IMG/VR virus record: IMGVR_UViG_3300032271_000509 | Location: 1 to 33,230 of that record | DNA length: 33,230 bases | Strand: one strand, 5' to 3' | Origin: a virus | Program-made: the position numbers and the translations under genes | The notes under the pieces: generated by a model | Database searches by the model: none | What the model saw: only the letters and a program-made list of their open reading frames with translations | What the model was told of the DNA's origin: nothing | Part shown: positions 5,874-14,724 of the stretch, one piece after another | Position numbering within the stretch: the first letter of the stretch is position 1 | Layout of the letters: each line of letters starts with the position of its first letter

Positions 5874-7774
5874 GGGATGTAAAACAAGCTGCCCGAGTTA
5901 TCTTTAATCGCAAACCACTTTTGCACGGTGGTTCTAGAACCTGTCGGGCCAACTGAGCCCAAACTTGTAGCCACCGCACCGTTTGCTGCGTACATGGCCG
6001 CGCTACCAAACTGAATGGTTCCGGTGCCTTTGCTCAGCAACGTCAGATCAATGTTGGTGTCAGATCCAACTGCCTGCATGGCGGGACTGACACCAGCAGC
6101 GTGACCAAATGCCTTGAGAAAATTTACGGTTGCCGCGTCGGATGCCGTCGCAGCAAAGCCAGTGCCCTGCGAATTTCCCAACTTGGCCGCATTTGCTGTC
6201 CCCGCACCCAACAACTGCAAATCGCCCGTAGGGTTCTGAATTGGGGAGTTAATAATGTTGGCTTTGCCAGAACTTTGCACATTGCCAAAAATAACAGCAT
6301 CCCCGCTGGCGGCATTGTCAATGTATTCGCCAGTGACGTTTAACAACAGATTATTATTGGTGACGCAGTAGCCGGTTGCCCCAGCAATAATTTCCACACC
6401 GTAGGACTGCAATGAAAGCGCGTAGCCTACCCACTGACCAATCAAATTGTTCGATACAGAAGCACCAATTGTTGTAGCTCCCAACGTCAAACCGGCGTAA
6501 GAAGCAGAACCAGCTTTGCTGTTGTCAGCAATTTGGCAAGATGAAATCTTTACGTATCGCCCGTTGCTGTAAATCCCGCGCTTGTAGTTTCCGCTGATCT
6601 GAGCGCCCTTGATCGTCACATATCGGGCAGAGGTGTTGATGTAAATGCCGTCACCGGCAATGCTGCCCGCTGCATATGCGTCGGTAAAATGATGCGTCTG
6701 CGTTTGGCCTGTTCCCCCGTCGATGTAGATGCCAGAGTCATACGGGAAGTCTGCTTGGAAATCGTAGGCAGATAGAAATGTTGGGCCAAGCGCAAAGTTT
6801 GGCGTGTTGACTATTGAAATCCCGCGATAACCTTTGACTACCGCAACGTGCCGCATATCAATCGTTGCTGCGTCGCCGTCAATAATTATCCCCGTTGGCG
6901 ATGAAGAAATGTTTGTAGCAAAACCAATCTGGACATTGTTAATGTCCAAGACATTGGCCGCTTGAGTGCCATTTCCATAATTCTTGATTGAGTACGCGCC
7001 AACTTGGTTGTTGAAGTACACGTTGGAAAGCGTGGCGACGTTCTGGTCTTGTATATAAACACCGTTGTACCCGCCAAGCAAAATGCAATCCCTGATGGTC
7101 CAGCGAGATTGCCCAATGTTGGAGATCAGGTTTCCGCCAGTCATGCCAGACCCATTGATCGTGACCCCCGACATACCGCCACCCGTGGCACTCCCCGTCC
7201 ATGAAAAAAGATTGCTTGTTCCGCTTGCGCAATTAAGCGTTACTGCGCCCTGCCCCGCGCCTATAAAGGCAACGCCTGTACTAAACGACAACGAGCCCGA
7301 CGTCAGCTTGTAAGTGCCCGCTGGGATGAACACGGACAGGGAAGCCGTAGCTGCGGCAAGAAACGCTGACGTGCTATCCGTCACGCCTGTTGCGTCAGCC
7401 CCAAAGTCCTTTACGCTCACCGACTCGCGCAGCTTGGACTGCACGGTGGTGGCAACAGCGCCTGTGCCGGCTGGGGTGTAGTTAACCGTGTCTGCACCCG
7501 CATACACCACCAAATTGTCTTGCGTCCAAATGGATGCGCCCGTGGAATCTTGCAACGCCACTTTGTAAGCAGCCGCACTGAAGAAAATTGATGCCTCCCC
7601 GCGGCTATCCAGAATGACCGGGTTTGCATTGGGAATGGCCCCCGCAGCGTCTGAATATGTTGCCAAAGGTGTCGTGCTGCCGGCCTGATATGTCCAGACC
7701 TTCCCGCCGACTAACGGTGCGCCAGCAGTGCTGAAATACTGCTGTTTGCCTTGGGGCATCAAATACGCGGCCAT
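5864..7774 (-). CDS. Tailspike / tail fiber with pectate-lyase-type right-handed beta-helix (putative depolymerase)
   Basis: Conserved phage fiber N-terminus (QYFSTAGAPLVGGKVWTYQAGSTTPLATYSDAAG...NPVILDSRGEA). Pectate_lyase_3-like VSVKDFGADATGVTDSTSAF. Repetitive G/N/I-rich beta-helix body. Confidence 0.8.
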   Translation of the reverse strand: MAAYLMPQGKQQYFSTAGAPLVGGKVWTYQAGSTTPLATYSDAAGAIPNANPVILDSRGEASIFFSAAAYKVALQDSTGASIWTQDNLVVYAGADTVNYTPAGTGAVATTVQSKLRESVSVKDFGADATGVTDSTSAFLAAATASLSVFIPAGTYKLTSGSLSFSTGVAFIGAGQGAVTLNCASGTSNLFSWTGSATGGGMSGVTINGSGMTGGNLISNIGQSRWTIRDCILLGGYNGVYIQDQNVATLSNVYFNNQVGAYSIKNYGNGTQAANVLDINNVQIGFATNISSSPTGIIIDGDAATIDMRHVAVVKGYRGISIVNTPNFALGPTFLSAYDFQADFPYDSGIYIDGGTGQTQTHHFTDAYAAGSIAGDGIYINTSARYVTIKGAQISGNYKRGIYSNGRYVKISSCQIADNSKAGSASYAGLTLGATTIGASVSNNLIGQWVGYALSLQSYGVEIIAGATGYCVTNNNLLLNVTGEYIDNAASGDAVIFGNVQSSGKANIINSPIQNPTGDLQLLGAGTANAAKLGNSQGTGFAATASDAATVNFLKAFGHAAGVSPAMQAVGSDTNIDLTLLSKGTGTIQFGSAAMYAANGAVATSLGSVGPTGSRTTVQKWFAIKDNSGSLFYIPCW

Positions 7775-7789
7775 GCTTTGTCCTTAAAC

Positions 7790-7843
7790 GCAAAAAGCGC
7801 CACTAGGGCGCTTAAAAAATGAAAAAAGCACCACAATGGGTGC
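7790..7843 (-). terminator. Two tandem intrinsic terminator hairpins between the ejection-protein gene and the tailspike gene
   Basis: On the minus strand: GCACC-6nt-GGTGC followed by TTTTTT (7822-7843), and AGCGCC-5nt-GGCGCT followed by TTTTT (7790-7812). Confidence 0.55.
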
Positions 7844-7998
7844 CTTGGAGGGTGGATATAAAACTACTGCTGTGGCTGATCTACTGCCTGGTTGCAGTTT
7901 TTGTGACCATTCTGTGCATTGATACAGGCAATCTGTGGTTCACATTGGCCGTGGTGCTGTGTTTTATTTTTGGGCCGAAAGTGTTCAAGTGGCTCTAA
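7819..7998 (+). CDS. Candidate small two-TM membrane protein (59 aa) antisense to the late operon, below the ORF-track cutoff
   Basis: MKKAPQWVPWRVDIKLLLWLIYCLVAVFVTILCIDTGNLWFTLAVVLCFIFGPKVFKWL. This is the only open frame through a low-G+C gap. Its stop overlaps the convergent 845-aa ORF stop by 4 nt. No clear SD. Confidence 0.4.
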   Translation: MKKAPQWVPWRVDIKLLLWLIYCLVAVFVTILCIDTGNLWFTLAVVLCFIFGPKVFKWL

Positions 7999-10532
7999 TC
8001 ACGCGTGTCGATGCCTGATCCTTTGTTGATGGCGCTGGCTTCGTAGTTTTTGCCCTTGCGTGCCGCATAGGCGGCTTTGAGCGCAGAGACAACCGGGATA
8101 GATGTTCCATGCGTAGCGCCGGCCAATGCTGCTTCTGCTGCGCCGCCAACGTATTTGCCACCAATTTGCGCAATGCCGCCTGACAAAGTGTTTGAATGAT
8201 TGAACACGCCAGATCGAGGCATGCCGATCTTGTTGGTGAGCTCGTTAATTTCGCTCAATGCCTGAGCGCCCTGCCCGCCAAAAACGGTGTTGGCTTTTTC
8301 TCGGTTTTGGTACAGGTAATCGTTGAGCGCCTTTGGACGCAAATCCGGGTTTTCAGATGTCAGCCCAGCTTTTTTCTTAAGTGCTTCGATCTCACCGGCC
8401 GCCATGGCTTGTTGAGCTTGTGATCCCTGTCCCAACTCCCTAACCATTCGCTGCACGTCTGCAGCCGAGCCGTTGCTCACGTACTTGCGATGGAACGTGT
8501 CGGCCGTAGCACTTCCGATGCCCTGCATAGCGTCATCGGCACTGACTGCGCCGCCGACAGCTTCCTTGTAGCCCGGCACATTTTTCAGCGTCTCAAAACG
8601 CTCCCGAGCGAGCGCCGTGGCGTTGTCAACAAGCGGCTTTAATTCAGCAGCACCGCCCACCAACGGAAGTTTTTGCAGCTCGTCTTTGACGATGTAGGCC
8701 GCGGCTCGCTCGCTGCCTTTGCCTTCGCGGATCTTGGTCGACAGATTTTTGTTGAGCGACATGAACTTCTCGAACGTCATGTTGCCGCCGTTTTTCTCAA
8801 TGTCCGCCAGCTCGGACGCTATTCCACTTGGCAAGTCATATGTCGCAGAATTTTTTGCCAGAGCCTCTCGAGCACTGGTGACAAACTTTTGACCATCCAC
8901 CGGAAAATCAGCCGTAGGCGGCAACCCTTGTTGCGCGCGAAGCTGTTCGTATTTGCTTTGAATGGCGCCATAGGCTTCGTTGATGTTTTTGTTGCGAATC
9001 TGATCGTTCTTTACAAAACCGTCAATTTCAGCCTGGCCAATAGCGTTCGGGCCGTGATCGTACAAATCAGGCGCCAACGTATTGCGCACGTTGTCAAGCG
9101 CATTGGCCACTTGCTTAGGTTGCTCTTGGAGCACGTTGCCAATGCCTGCAAACGCCCCGCGGTTGTTGTACTGGTCGGCATACAAAGCCGTGTCGCCAGT
9201 GCGCTGTCCGCTGATCAAATCAATGCCGTGTTTGCTTTCAAGCGAAGCCGTGCGCGCCGCTTCTGCGTCGAAGTATTGACCTGGCGTCTTGTTGATTTTG
9301 GCGGCAACTTCTGGTGTTGCGTCGGCAGCCAACGCAGCTTGAGTGCTCGCTTGATCAGCAGCAGCAGCACCGGCCGACTGCAGGCCGCTTTGATTGGCCG
9401 CTTGTCGAGCTGCAAACTGAGCCGCAAGCGCGGTGCGTGCATCAGCTATGGGTGCAGCAGCAGGCGCTGCGCTCGCCAATGGTTTGATGCCGGCGCCCTG
9501 TGCATTTGCGCTTAACTGTTCTGCTGCGGCCTGCTTGGCAGCAACTGCTTGTGCAATCGTTTGCGGAGCACTCAACGCCGCCTCAGACGGTGCAGCCTCG
9601 GCAACTGATCTCAGCGGCACACTGCCTTTTCCGCGCAAGCCCAACGCCATCAGCGCGCCGGTGCCAACAGTTTTGACTGCGGTGCCGAGCGCTGGGCCTG
9701 CGTAATCTGCCGTGATGTCGCCTGCGGCGTTAATTGCTCGGCCCGGCAAATTCAGCGGGTTGTAGTTGGATGCAAACGCGTCAACCGCCTTCGCGCCCAT
9801 GCTGCCGGCTTCTGGCTGATAGGTGTATCGCTGCTGCACTTGATCAACTGCAGCAGCGCCCTTGTCGGCAGCGGCGCGCAAATTGTCAGCCAACGATAGT
9901 TTGGGGTCGTAGTTGGCAAGCGCCTTGCCAGCTTGAACCAGCCCCGCGTAGCCTCCAGCGACTTGCGCCCCAAGGCCGGTGACTTGATTGGCCACAACGT
10001 CGCGCACGGCCGCGCCGTAGGGGTTGCCGGGTTGCTCTGGCTGTGGCGCAGGGCTTGCCGGCATCTTGCCCAAGATCATGGCGCCCAGATCGTCATTGGG
10101 CTGCGCAGCAGGGGCGTCTTGAGTTGGCTGCGCCCTGTTGGCTGATGGCGCGCCGTTAACTGCAGCACGCCCGTTTTCATGCTGGATGATCGCCGCCATG
10201 ATGTTCTGGCGAACGTATGGGTTGTTCGTCAAATCAATTGTCGCCTTGGGGTCAAGGCCGGTGACTTGCGCGGCGTGGGCAATGTAGGCCTGGGTGTCGT
10301 TTTCGGATGGCGGCGCCCATTTGCTGATGACGCCTTCCAGCGTGTTCACTCCCTGCTTGCCGTAGGACTTTAGATTGCTGTCCAGAGCGTTCATGCCCTC
10401 TTCTGGGCTTGCGTATTGCGCCAGCTTGCCGCCCGGCATCAGCGCGCCTGGGTTGTTGTTGCGCATGGGCGCAGGCATTTTTGATGTGCTGGGCTGTTGG
10501 CCACCCAAAATCATTGCGCCGAGATCGTCCAT
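7995..10532 (-). CDS. Large internal virion / DNA-ejection protein (P22 gp16 position) with an N-terminal putative cell-wall-interacting domain
   Basis: Position is last of three Ala/Gln-rich proteins after the tail genes. The N-terminus carries NNPGAL...ISKWAPPSENDT..YI and a duplicated DDLGAMILG motif. Confidence 0.6.
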   Translation of the reverse strand: MDDLGAMILGGQQPSTSKMPAPMRNNNPGALMPGGKLAQYASPEEGMNALDSNLKSYGKQGVNTLEGVISKWAPPSENDTQAYIAHAAQVTGLDPKATIDLTNNPYVRQNIMAAIIQHENGRAAVNGAPSANRAQPTQDAPAAQPNDDLGAMILGKMPASPAPQPEQPGNPYGAAVRDVVANQVTGLGAQVAGGYAGLVQAGKALANYDPKLSLADNLRAAADKGAAAVDQVQQRYTYQPEAGSMGAKAVDAFASNYNPLNLPGRAINAAGDITADYAGPALGTAVKTVGTGALMALGLRGKGSVPLRSVAEAAPSEAALSAPQTIAQAVAAKQAAAEQLSANAQGAGIKPLASAAPAAAPIADARTALAAQFAARQAANQSGLQSAGAAAADQASTQAALAADATPEVAAKINKTPGQYFDAEAARTASLESKHGIDLISGQRTGDTALYADQYNNRGAFAGIGNVLQEQPKQVANALDNVRNTLAPDLYDHGPNAIGQAEIDGFVKNDQIRNKNINEAYGAIQSKYEQLRAQQGLPPTADFPVDGQKFVTSAREALAKNSATYDLPSGIASELADIEKNGGNMTFEKFMSLNKNLSTKIREGKGSERAAAYIVKDELQKLPLVGGAAELKPLVDNATALARERFETLKNVPGYKEAVGGAVSADDAMQGIGSATADTFHRKYVSNGSAADVQRMVRELGQGSQAQQAMAAGEIEALKKKAGLTSENPDLRPKALNDYLYQNREKANTVFGGQGAQALSEINELTNKIGMPRSGVFNHSNTLSGGIAQIGGKYVGGAAEAALAGATHGTSIPVVSALKAAYAARKGKNYEASAINKGSGIDTRD

Positions 10533-12109
10533 TACTGGCCTGCCTCAGCCGGCAGCACGCCAGATTGCGACAGACTTTTGATGTTGTTGTACTTGGTGAA
10601 AAACGTCTGCCTGACTTTGGCGTCGCTTCCCAACAGTTCATTGATGGCACGTTGCTGGTCAGGTTTTGACATTCCAGATTGACCAATCGCAATGGCTTGG
10701 AACACTTTGGAATCTGCGTTCTTGGACCAGTCTTGAACGTATTTCGCATAGTTTGCGTCGCCGTAACGCTGGCTAAACGCCTGCAAGCCGGGAGCTTGCA
10801 TCTGCAATTCAATTTGCTTGGCTTGCGTGCGCTTCATGATGTTCAGAAGCACATCTGGGTTGTACGTTGCCGAACCGCTTGCCATGTCTTGCAGTCGCTT
10901 GCCTGCGTCTGTTTGCATGGAGCCGCCCTGAGCTTGCAGCTGCGACAGCTGCACGTTGGCCAAATCTTTGGACAACTGCTGATAGTCGGATGAGCCCACC
11001 AAATTTTTTAATGTGCGCAGCATTGTCCCGGTAGCGCCCGATGTGTACCAGGCGCCAGGATCCAATTTGGTGATTGCGGAAAAACTTTCGTTTAAGTTGT
11101 TGTTCAGTTCGGCGGTGTTGTTCAAATGGTTGACTAGCCCAGTGCGCAGCACCTGGCCGGCCTGCAAATCCACAGCCTCGCTTGGGTCTGGCATGTAAGG
11201 TTGGCCTGCGGTGCGCGGCTTGTGCGGCAACTGCGATGGTTGGCTGATGTCCATGGACGACGCCGTCACAGCCGGTGGCTTGCTGACATCAAGGCCCGGC
11301 GTGCGCACTACGCCCGTGACGTTGCCAGAGGCGTCTTTGACGGTAACCGTGCCGTCGGCATTGGCTGTTTGTTGTTGTCCCAATGGCACGAATTGGGTTT
11401 GGGTTGTGCCGGGCACTGGAGCGCCCATTTGCAGCGGTTGGCCGTTTGCGCCAACAGCCATTGGGTTGGTGTTAATTTGTGCCGATTGAATCCCGTTGCT
11501 CACACCCGGCCCGTTTGGCGTCAATGCGGCTCGCTGGCTGTCGGGCGACATGACCGACAGGCGCATTTGATTGGTCGCACTCGCCCAAGCGTTTGCGTTT
11601 GGGCTCGATGGATCAGAAGCGGCTTGCACGGCTGGCCCAAGCAAGTGCTCTCGAGCAAACGCCCCCGCTTGGGACAAATTTGGATTTGCTTGGATAAACG
11701 CATCAAAAGTTGCAAGCCCTTTGTCGGGCGGCAATGACCCTAGTGAGCCTACGAATTGCCCTAGCTGGTCGCGCTGACTTGCGCTCAATGAGTTGATCTG
11801 TTGTTTGGCCTGCAGCGACTGGTTTTGCGCGGTGTAAAGGCCGGCCAAGATGCTGCCGCCTTGCGTGGGGGCTGCGGCCATGATCTTTGGCGCTGCCTTG
11901 TTGAAATCAATCGTACCGTCGTCACCGAGCACGGACGTCGGATCTGAAAACAAGCTGCGCACGTTGTTGCGCTCTTGCAAGACTTGCTGGTTGGATTGGT
12001 TGGCAATTTGGCCAGCTTGGTATTGATTGGATGCGTTGGCCACATTCATGATTTGGCCGAGCGACGACATGGTGTCGGGCGTTTTGACGCCGAGTGCTAC
12101 TGGGTCCAT
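10532..12109 (-). CDS. Internal virion / ejection protein (gp20-like position)
   Basis: Gln/Asn/Ala-rich 525-aa protein between the other two ejection-type ORFs. Its stop overlaps the next start by 1 nt. Confidence 0.55.
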   Translation of the reverse strand: MDPVALGVKTPDTMSSLGQIMNVANASNQYQAGQIANQSNQQVLQERNNVRSLFSDPTSVLGDDGTIDFNKAAPKIMAAAPTQGGSILAGLYTAQNQSLQAKQQINSLSASQRDQLGQFVGSLGSLPPDKGLATFDAFIQANPNLSQAGAFAREHLLGPAVQAASDPSSPNANAWASATNQMRLSVMSPDSQRAALTPNGPGVSNGIQSAQINTNPMAVGANGQPLQMGAPVPGTTQTQFVPLGQQQTANADGTVTVKDASGNVTGVVRTPGLDVSKPPAVTASSMDISQPSQLPHKPRTAGQPYMPDPSEAVDLQAGQVLRTGLVNHLNNTAELNNNLNESFSAITKLDPGAWYTSGATGTMLRTLKNLVGSSDYQQLSKDLANVQLSQLQAQGGSMQTDAGKRLQDMASGSATYNPDVLLNIMKRTQAKQIELQMQAPGLQAFSQRYGDANYAKYVQDWSKNADSKVFQAIAIGQSGMSKPDQQRAINELLGSDAKVRQTFFTKYNNIKSLSQSGVLPAEAGQ

Positions 12110-12121
12110 TTGTTTGCTCCG

Positions 12122-12829
12122 TTAGCCTTGCATTGCGGGTGCAGGCATAGATGGATAAGACGCAGCACTGCCTCCAAACAACTTTCCGCCCGTCAAGTTG
12201 TTGGCCAAATACATGTTGCCAATATTGTTCAGCCCGCCGGTGAAGGCGTTTGCTGATCCCACAATCCCTGCGGCTTGGGCTGCGCCGGCAGCATTCATTG
12301 AGTTGGCAATGCCACCGGAATATGCAGCGCCTGCTGAGCCTGTGTTGGCGTTGGCTGTTTGCCCCAGTCCAGCAATGTTGGAAAGCCGGTTAAAGATGTT
12401 GGTTTGGTTCGACGTGTAGTTGTTGTATGCCTGCTGATAGGCTGATGCTGCTGCGTTTTGGTTGTAATCGACCAACCCTTTGAGCGCATTTCCACCAACC
12501 AATCCGCCATTTACCGATGCTGCGTTATTGAATGCTGCATTGCCCTGCTGCTTTTGAAATTCATAATTCGGCGCAAGATTGGCATTAAGATCGCTTGCAT
12601 TAAATTCATGCGTGAACTGCGGCTGCATGGCCGTAATCGTATCCAGCGCATGGTATCCAGACTGACGGTATGGAGCTTGGTCGGCACGCGTCTGGTCGTA
12701 CATGGCTTTTTGCAAAGCCGTACTGTTATTTGCCGCATTGGCTTGAGTCTGTGCCGCGCCTTTTGAGGCATTGCTGGAGATTACGCCACCAACGACGGCG
12801 CTGCCTGCTATTGCTGCTGCAATGCACAT
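12122..12829 (-). CDS. Internal virion / ejection protein (gp7-like position)
   Basis: N-terminal hydrophobic segment, then Asn/Gly/Ala-rich low-complexity sequence typical of podovirus ejection proteins. Confidence 0.5.
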   Translation of the reverse strand: MCIAAAIAGSAVVGGVISSNASKGAAQTQANAANNSTALQKAMYDQTRADQAPYRQSGYHALDTITAMQPQFTHEFNASDLNANLAPNYEFQKQQGNAAFNNAASVNGGLVGGNALKGLVDYNQNAAASAYQQAYNNYTSNQTNIFNRLSNIAGLGQTANANTGSAGAAYSGGIANSMNAAGAAQAAGIVGSANAFTGGLNNIGNMYLANNLTGGKLFGGSAASYPSMPAPAMQG

Positions 12830-13299
12830 ATTCTTTTCTCCATAATTACATCATCTGGTGCGTACCCAAGAGCCTTGAGTACGTCAAACAATCCGCCACT
12901 AGGCGACACAGGCCATCCAACAACTACGACCCCGCGTTGTTCAAAGTGCTTTTCCATTAAGGCAATAAAACTGCGCATCCTCATGCGAACAATTGGGCGC
13001 AAATAAAAGGTGTCCACATTTGCGCAACTTACGGGGGCGTGATGCAAACTTTGGTAAAAAATTGCAAAAGCATAGCCTTGAAGCACGTTTTCGTCGTCTC
13101 GCAATACAAACGCCAGCAGCAAATCATTTTCCGCAAGATATAAGTACCTGGATTCAAAAGGTTGAATTTTGAAACCCCGCTCACCATGAAATGAACAAGT
13201 GTCTTTTTTTAACTCGCTGCATTCATCCCAAGATTCTTGGCCAAGGGGAAGTATTTCAGCAAACAACTCAGGCGTTAATTTTTCAACTGCTATTTGCAT
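12808..13299 (-). CDS. Low-G+C insert gene; weak GNAT-acetyltransferase-like pattern (tentative)
   Basis: 163-aa ORF with visibly AT-rich codons compared with its neighbours. The pattern YLYLAENDLLLAFVLRDD..VLQGYAFAIF....A.VDTFYLRP..R resembles the GNAT core but lacks a clean R/Q-x-x-G-x-G/A motif. Confidence 0.6.
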   Translation of the reverse strand: MQIAVEKLTPELFAEILPLGQESWDECSELKKDTCSFHGERGFKIQPFESRYLYLAENDLLLAFVLRDDENVLQGYAFAIFYQSLHHAPVSCANVDTFYLRPIVRMRMRSFIALMEKHFEQRGVVVVGWPVSPSGGLFDVLKALGYAPDDVIMEKRICALQQQ

Positions 13300-13317
13300 T
13301 TGCTTTTTCGACTTGGC

Positions 13318-13479
13318 TTATTTTTTGTTTTGTGGCTTGGCGGTTTTGGCGCTGGCGCGAAACGCAGCTGCAGTGGGCGCACCAGCAGCACCCGGCTTGC
13401 GCATGTGTTCTTTGCTGCCTTCTTTGATCCGCTCGCGTTTTGCGGCGATGTTTGCGTACAGACCTGGTTGCTTGCTCAT
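13318..13479 (-). CDS. Small basic protein (53 aa), below the ORF-track cutoff
   Basis: ATGA overlap with the stop of ORF 13476-13724. The sequence is MSKQPGLYANIAAKRERIKEGSKEHMRKPGAAGAPTAAAFRASAKTAKPQNKK, a recurring small phage protein pattern as remembered. Confidence 0.6.
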   Translation of the reverse strand: MSKQPGLYANIAAKRERIKEGSKEHMRKPGAAGAPTAAAFRASAKTAKPQNKK

Positions 13480-13724
13480 GGGCATTTCCACCTTTTTAGG
13501 CTTGCCTTGGCCCGCTCGGCTGGGCCTTTGGCGTGTTCAACAACGCCCTCCATTCGGGCACAAAACGAATTTTTGCGGGCGCCGCCGCCAGGCTGCGGGG
13601 GTTTTAGGTGCGAGCCAGTCGCGCGGTTGTAAGCCTCGCGGCCCTTTTCAGTAAGGCCGGCGCCGCGGGAAACTGGCAACTTTTGGCCCTTGCCTACTGA
13701 TAGCGAAGGAGGTTTCTTGCTCAT
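13476..13724 (-). CDS. Small basic conserved phage protein (82 aa)
   Basis: The motif GLTEKGREAYNRATGSHLKPP....ARKNSFCARM......LKRWKC is recognised from small phage proteins of unknown function. Confidence 0.6.
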   Translation of the reverse strand: MSKKPPSLSVGKGQKLPVSRGAGLTEKGREAYNRATGSHLKPPQPGGGARKNSFCARMEGVVEHAKGPAERAKASLKRWKCP

Positions 13725-14098
13725 CAGGCAATTCCTATTTCGCCTTCTGCTTGAAACGTGAGCGCAGTAGCGGTGTTTGCAAAGCCAGTGAGAAAGTCGC
13801 CTGAGTCAAGGCGCAGCTGGCCGTACCAATCAAGGTAGCTGTTGGCTGCAATGCTGTTGCCAAGCCCCATGAATTCCGTGCCTGCTGCAGAGCCTCCAGT
13901 AGCGCCCACAAACATTGAAAACGTGACGGCACCCGCCGTTTTGTTGACAAGTCGAATATGGCGAACGATGGCGTATGGCTGGGTTTGCGTGTAGCCAACT
14001 GGACCGGCCAACGAGGTGATTGCGGTGTTGATGATGTTGGTCGGCGTGGTTAAGATCATTGCCACGGGGCCAAAACGAACTATCTTGTTTGCTGCCAT
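13724..14098 (-). CDS. Hypothetical virion-module protein (124 aa)
   Basis: Track ORF in the late operon. Its stop overlaps the next start by 1 nt. No family recognised. Confidence 0.6.
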   Translation of the reverse strand: MAANKIVRFGPVAMILTTPTNIINTAITSLAGPVGYTQTQPYAIVRHIRLVNKTAGAVTFSMFVGATGGSAAGTEFMGLGNSIAANSYLDWYGQLRLDSGDFLTGFANTATALTFQAEGEIGIA

Positions 14099-14109
14099 GT
14101 GTTTTCTCC

Positions 14110-14724
14110 TTACCAGTTAATAGATTCAACTTCTGCCACCGTTGTGGCTGCGTCAACCTGAGCCACTAGGCCAGACTCTTTTGAATACAGCGGCAGTACT
14201 TGCGAGGCAATTTCCAACGCAATTTGCGCGAGTTGTGATGATGTGTACGAAGTCCAGTTTCCATTCACATCTTTGTAGCCGCACCTATCTTGTGGCGACA
14301 ACTGAGCGATCTGGATGGCAATTGACAACTTGTTGTTGTCCGCCTCTGTGCTTGCGAAAGTGCCCAGACTGGTGGTCTTGTCGGAGTATTGCTCGACGCT
14401 GCGAGCAGCGGCAATCTCGGCACGTTTTTTAGCCTTGGCCTTGTCCAGATCGGTCTGTGTAACGTCAGGCGTTACGGTGCCGCCGAACAACTTGCAGTTG
14501 GTATCAGCGACCAGCAGCGTTTCTGCCGTGGCGACTAGGCCCGTGGTGATGGGCGTATGCAGTTGCTGTGAAAAATTGTCTACGGGCTTTTCGGTTGATC
14601 GGTCTTGGCTAATCCAAGACGCAACCGATGCATACACGTTATCTTGTGCATCAATTCCAATGCCAACAACCTTGTGATAACAATAAACAACGCCGTTTTT
14701 GTTTGTAAGTGTTTTTGTAATCAT
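14110..14724 (-). CDS. Tail fiber assembly / chaperone-like protein (DUF4376-like C-terminal half)
   Basis: Immediately downstream of the fiber gene with an ATGA overlap. The C-terminal [12 protein letters not shown]....Y........F......D...L......L ...VESINW resembles DUF4376. Confidence 0.55.
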   Translation of the reverse strand: MITKTLTNKNGVVYCYHKVVGIGIDAQDNVYASVASWISQDRSTEKPVDNFSQQLHTPITTGLVATAETLLVADTNCKLFGGTVTPDVTQTDLDKAKAKKRAEIAAARSVEQYSDKTTSLGTFASTEADNNKLSIAIQIAQLSPQDRCGYKDVNGNWTSYTSSQLAQIALEIASQVLPLYSKESGLVAQVDAATTVAEVESINW

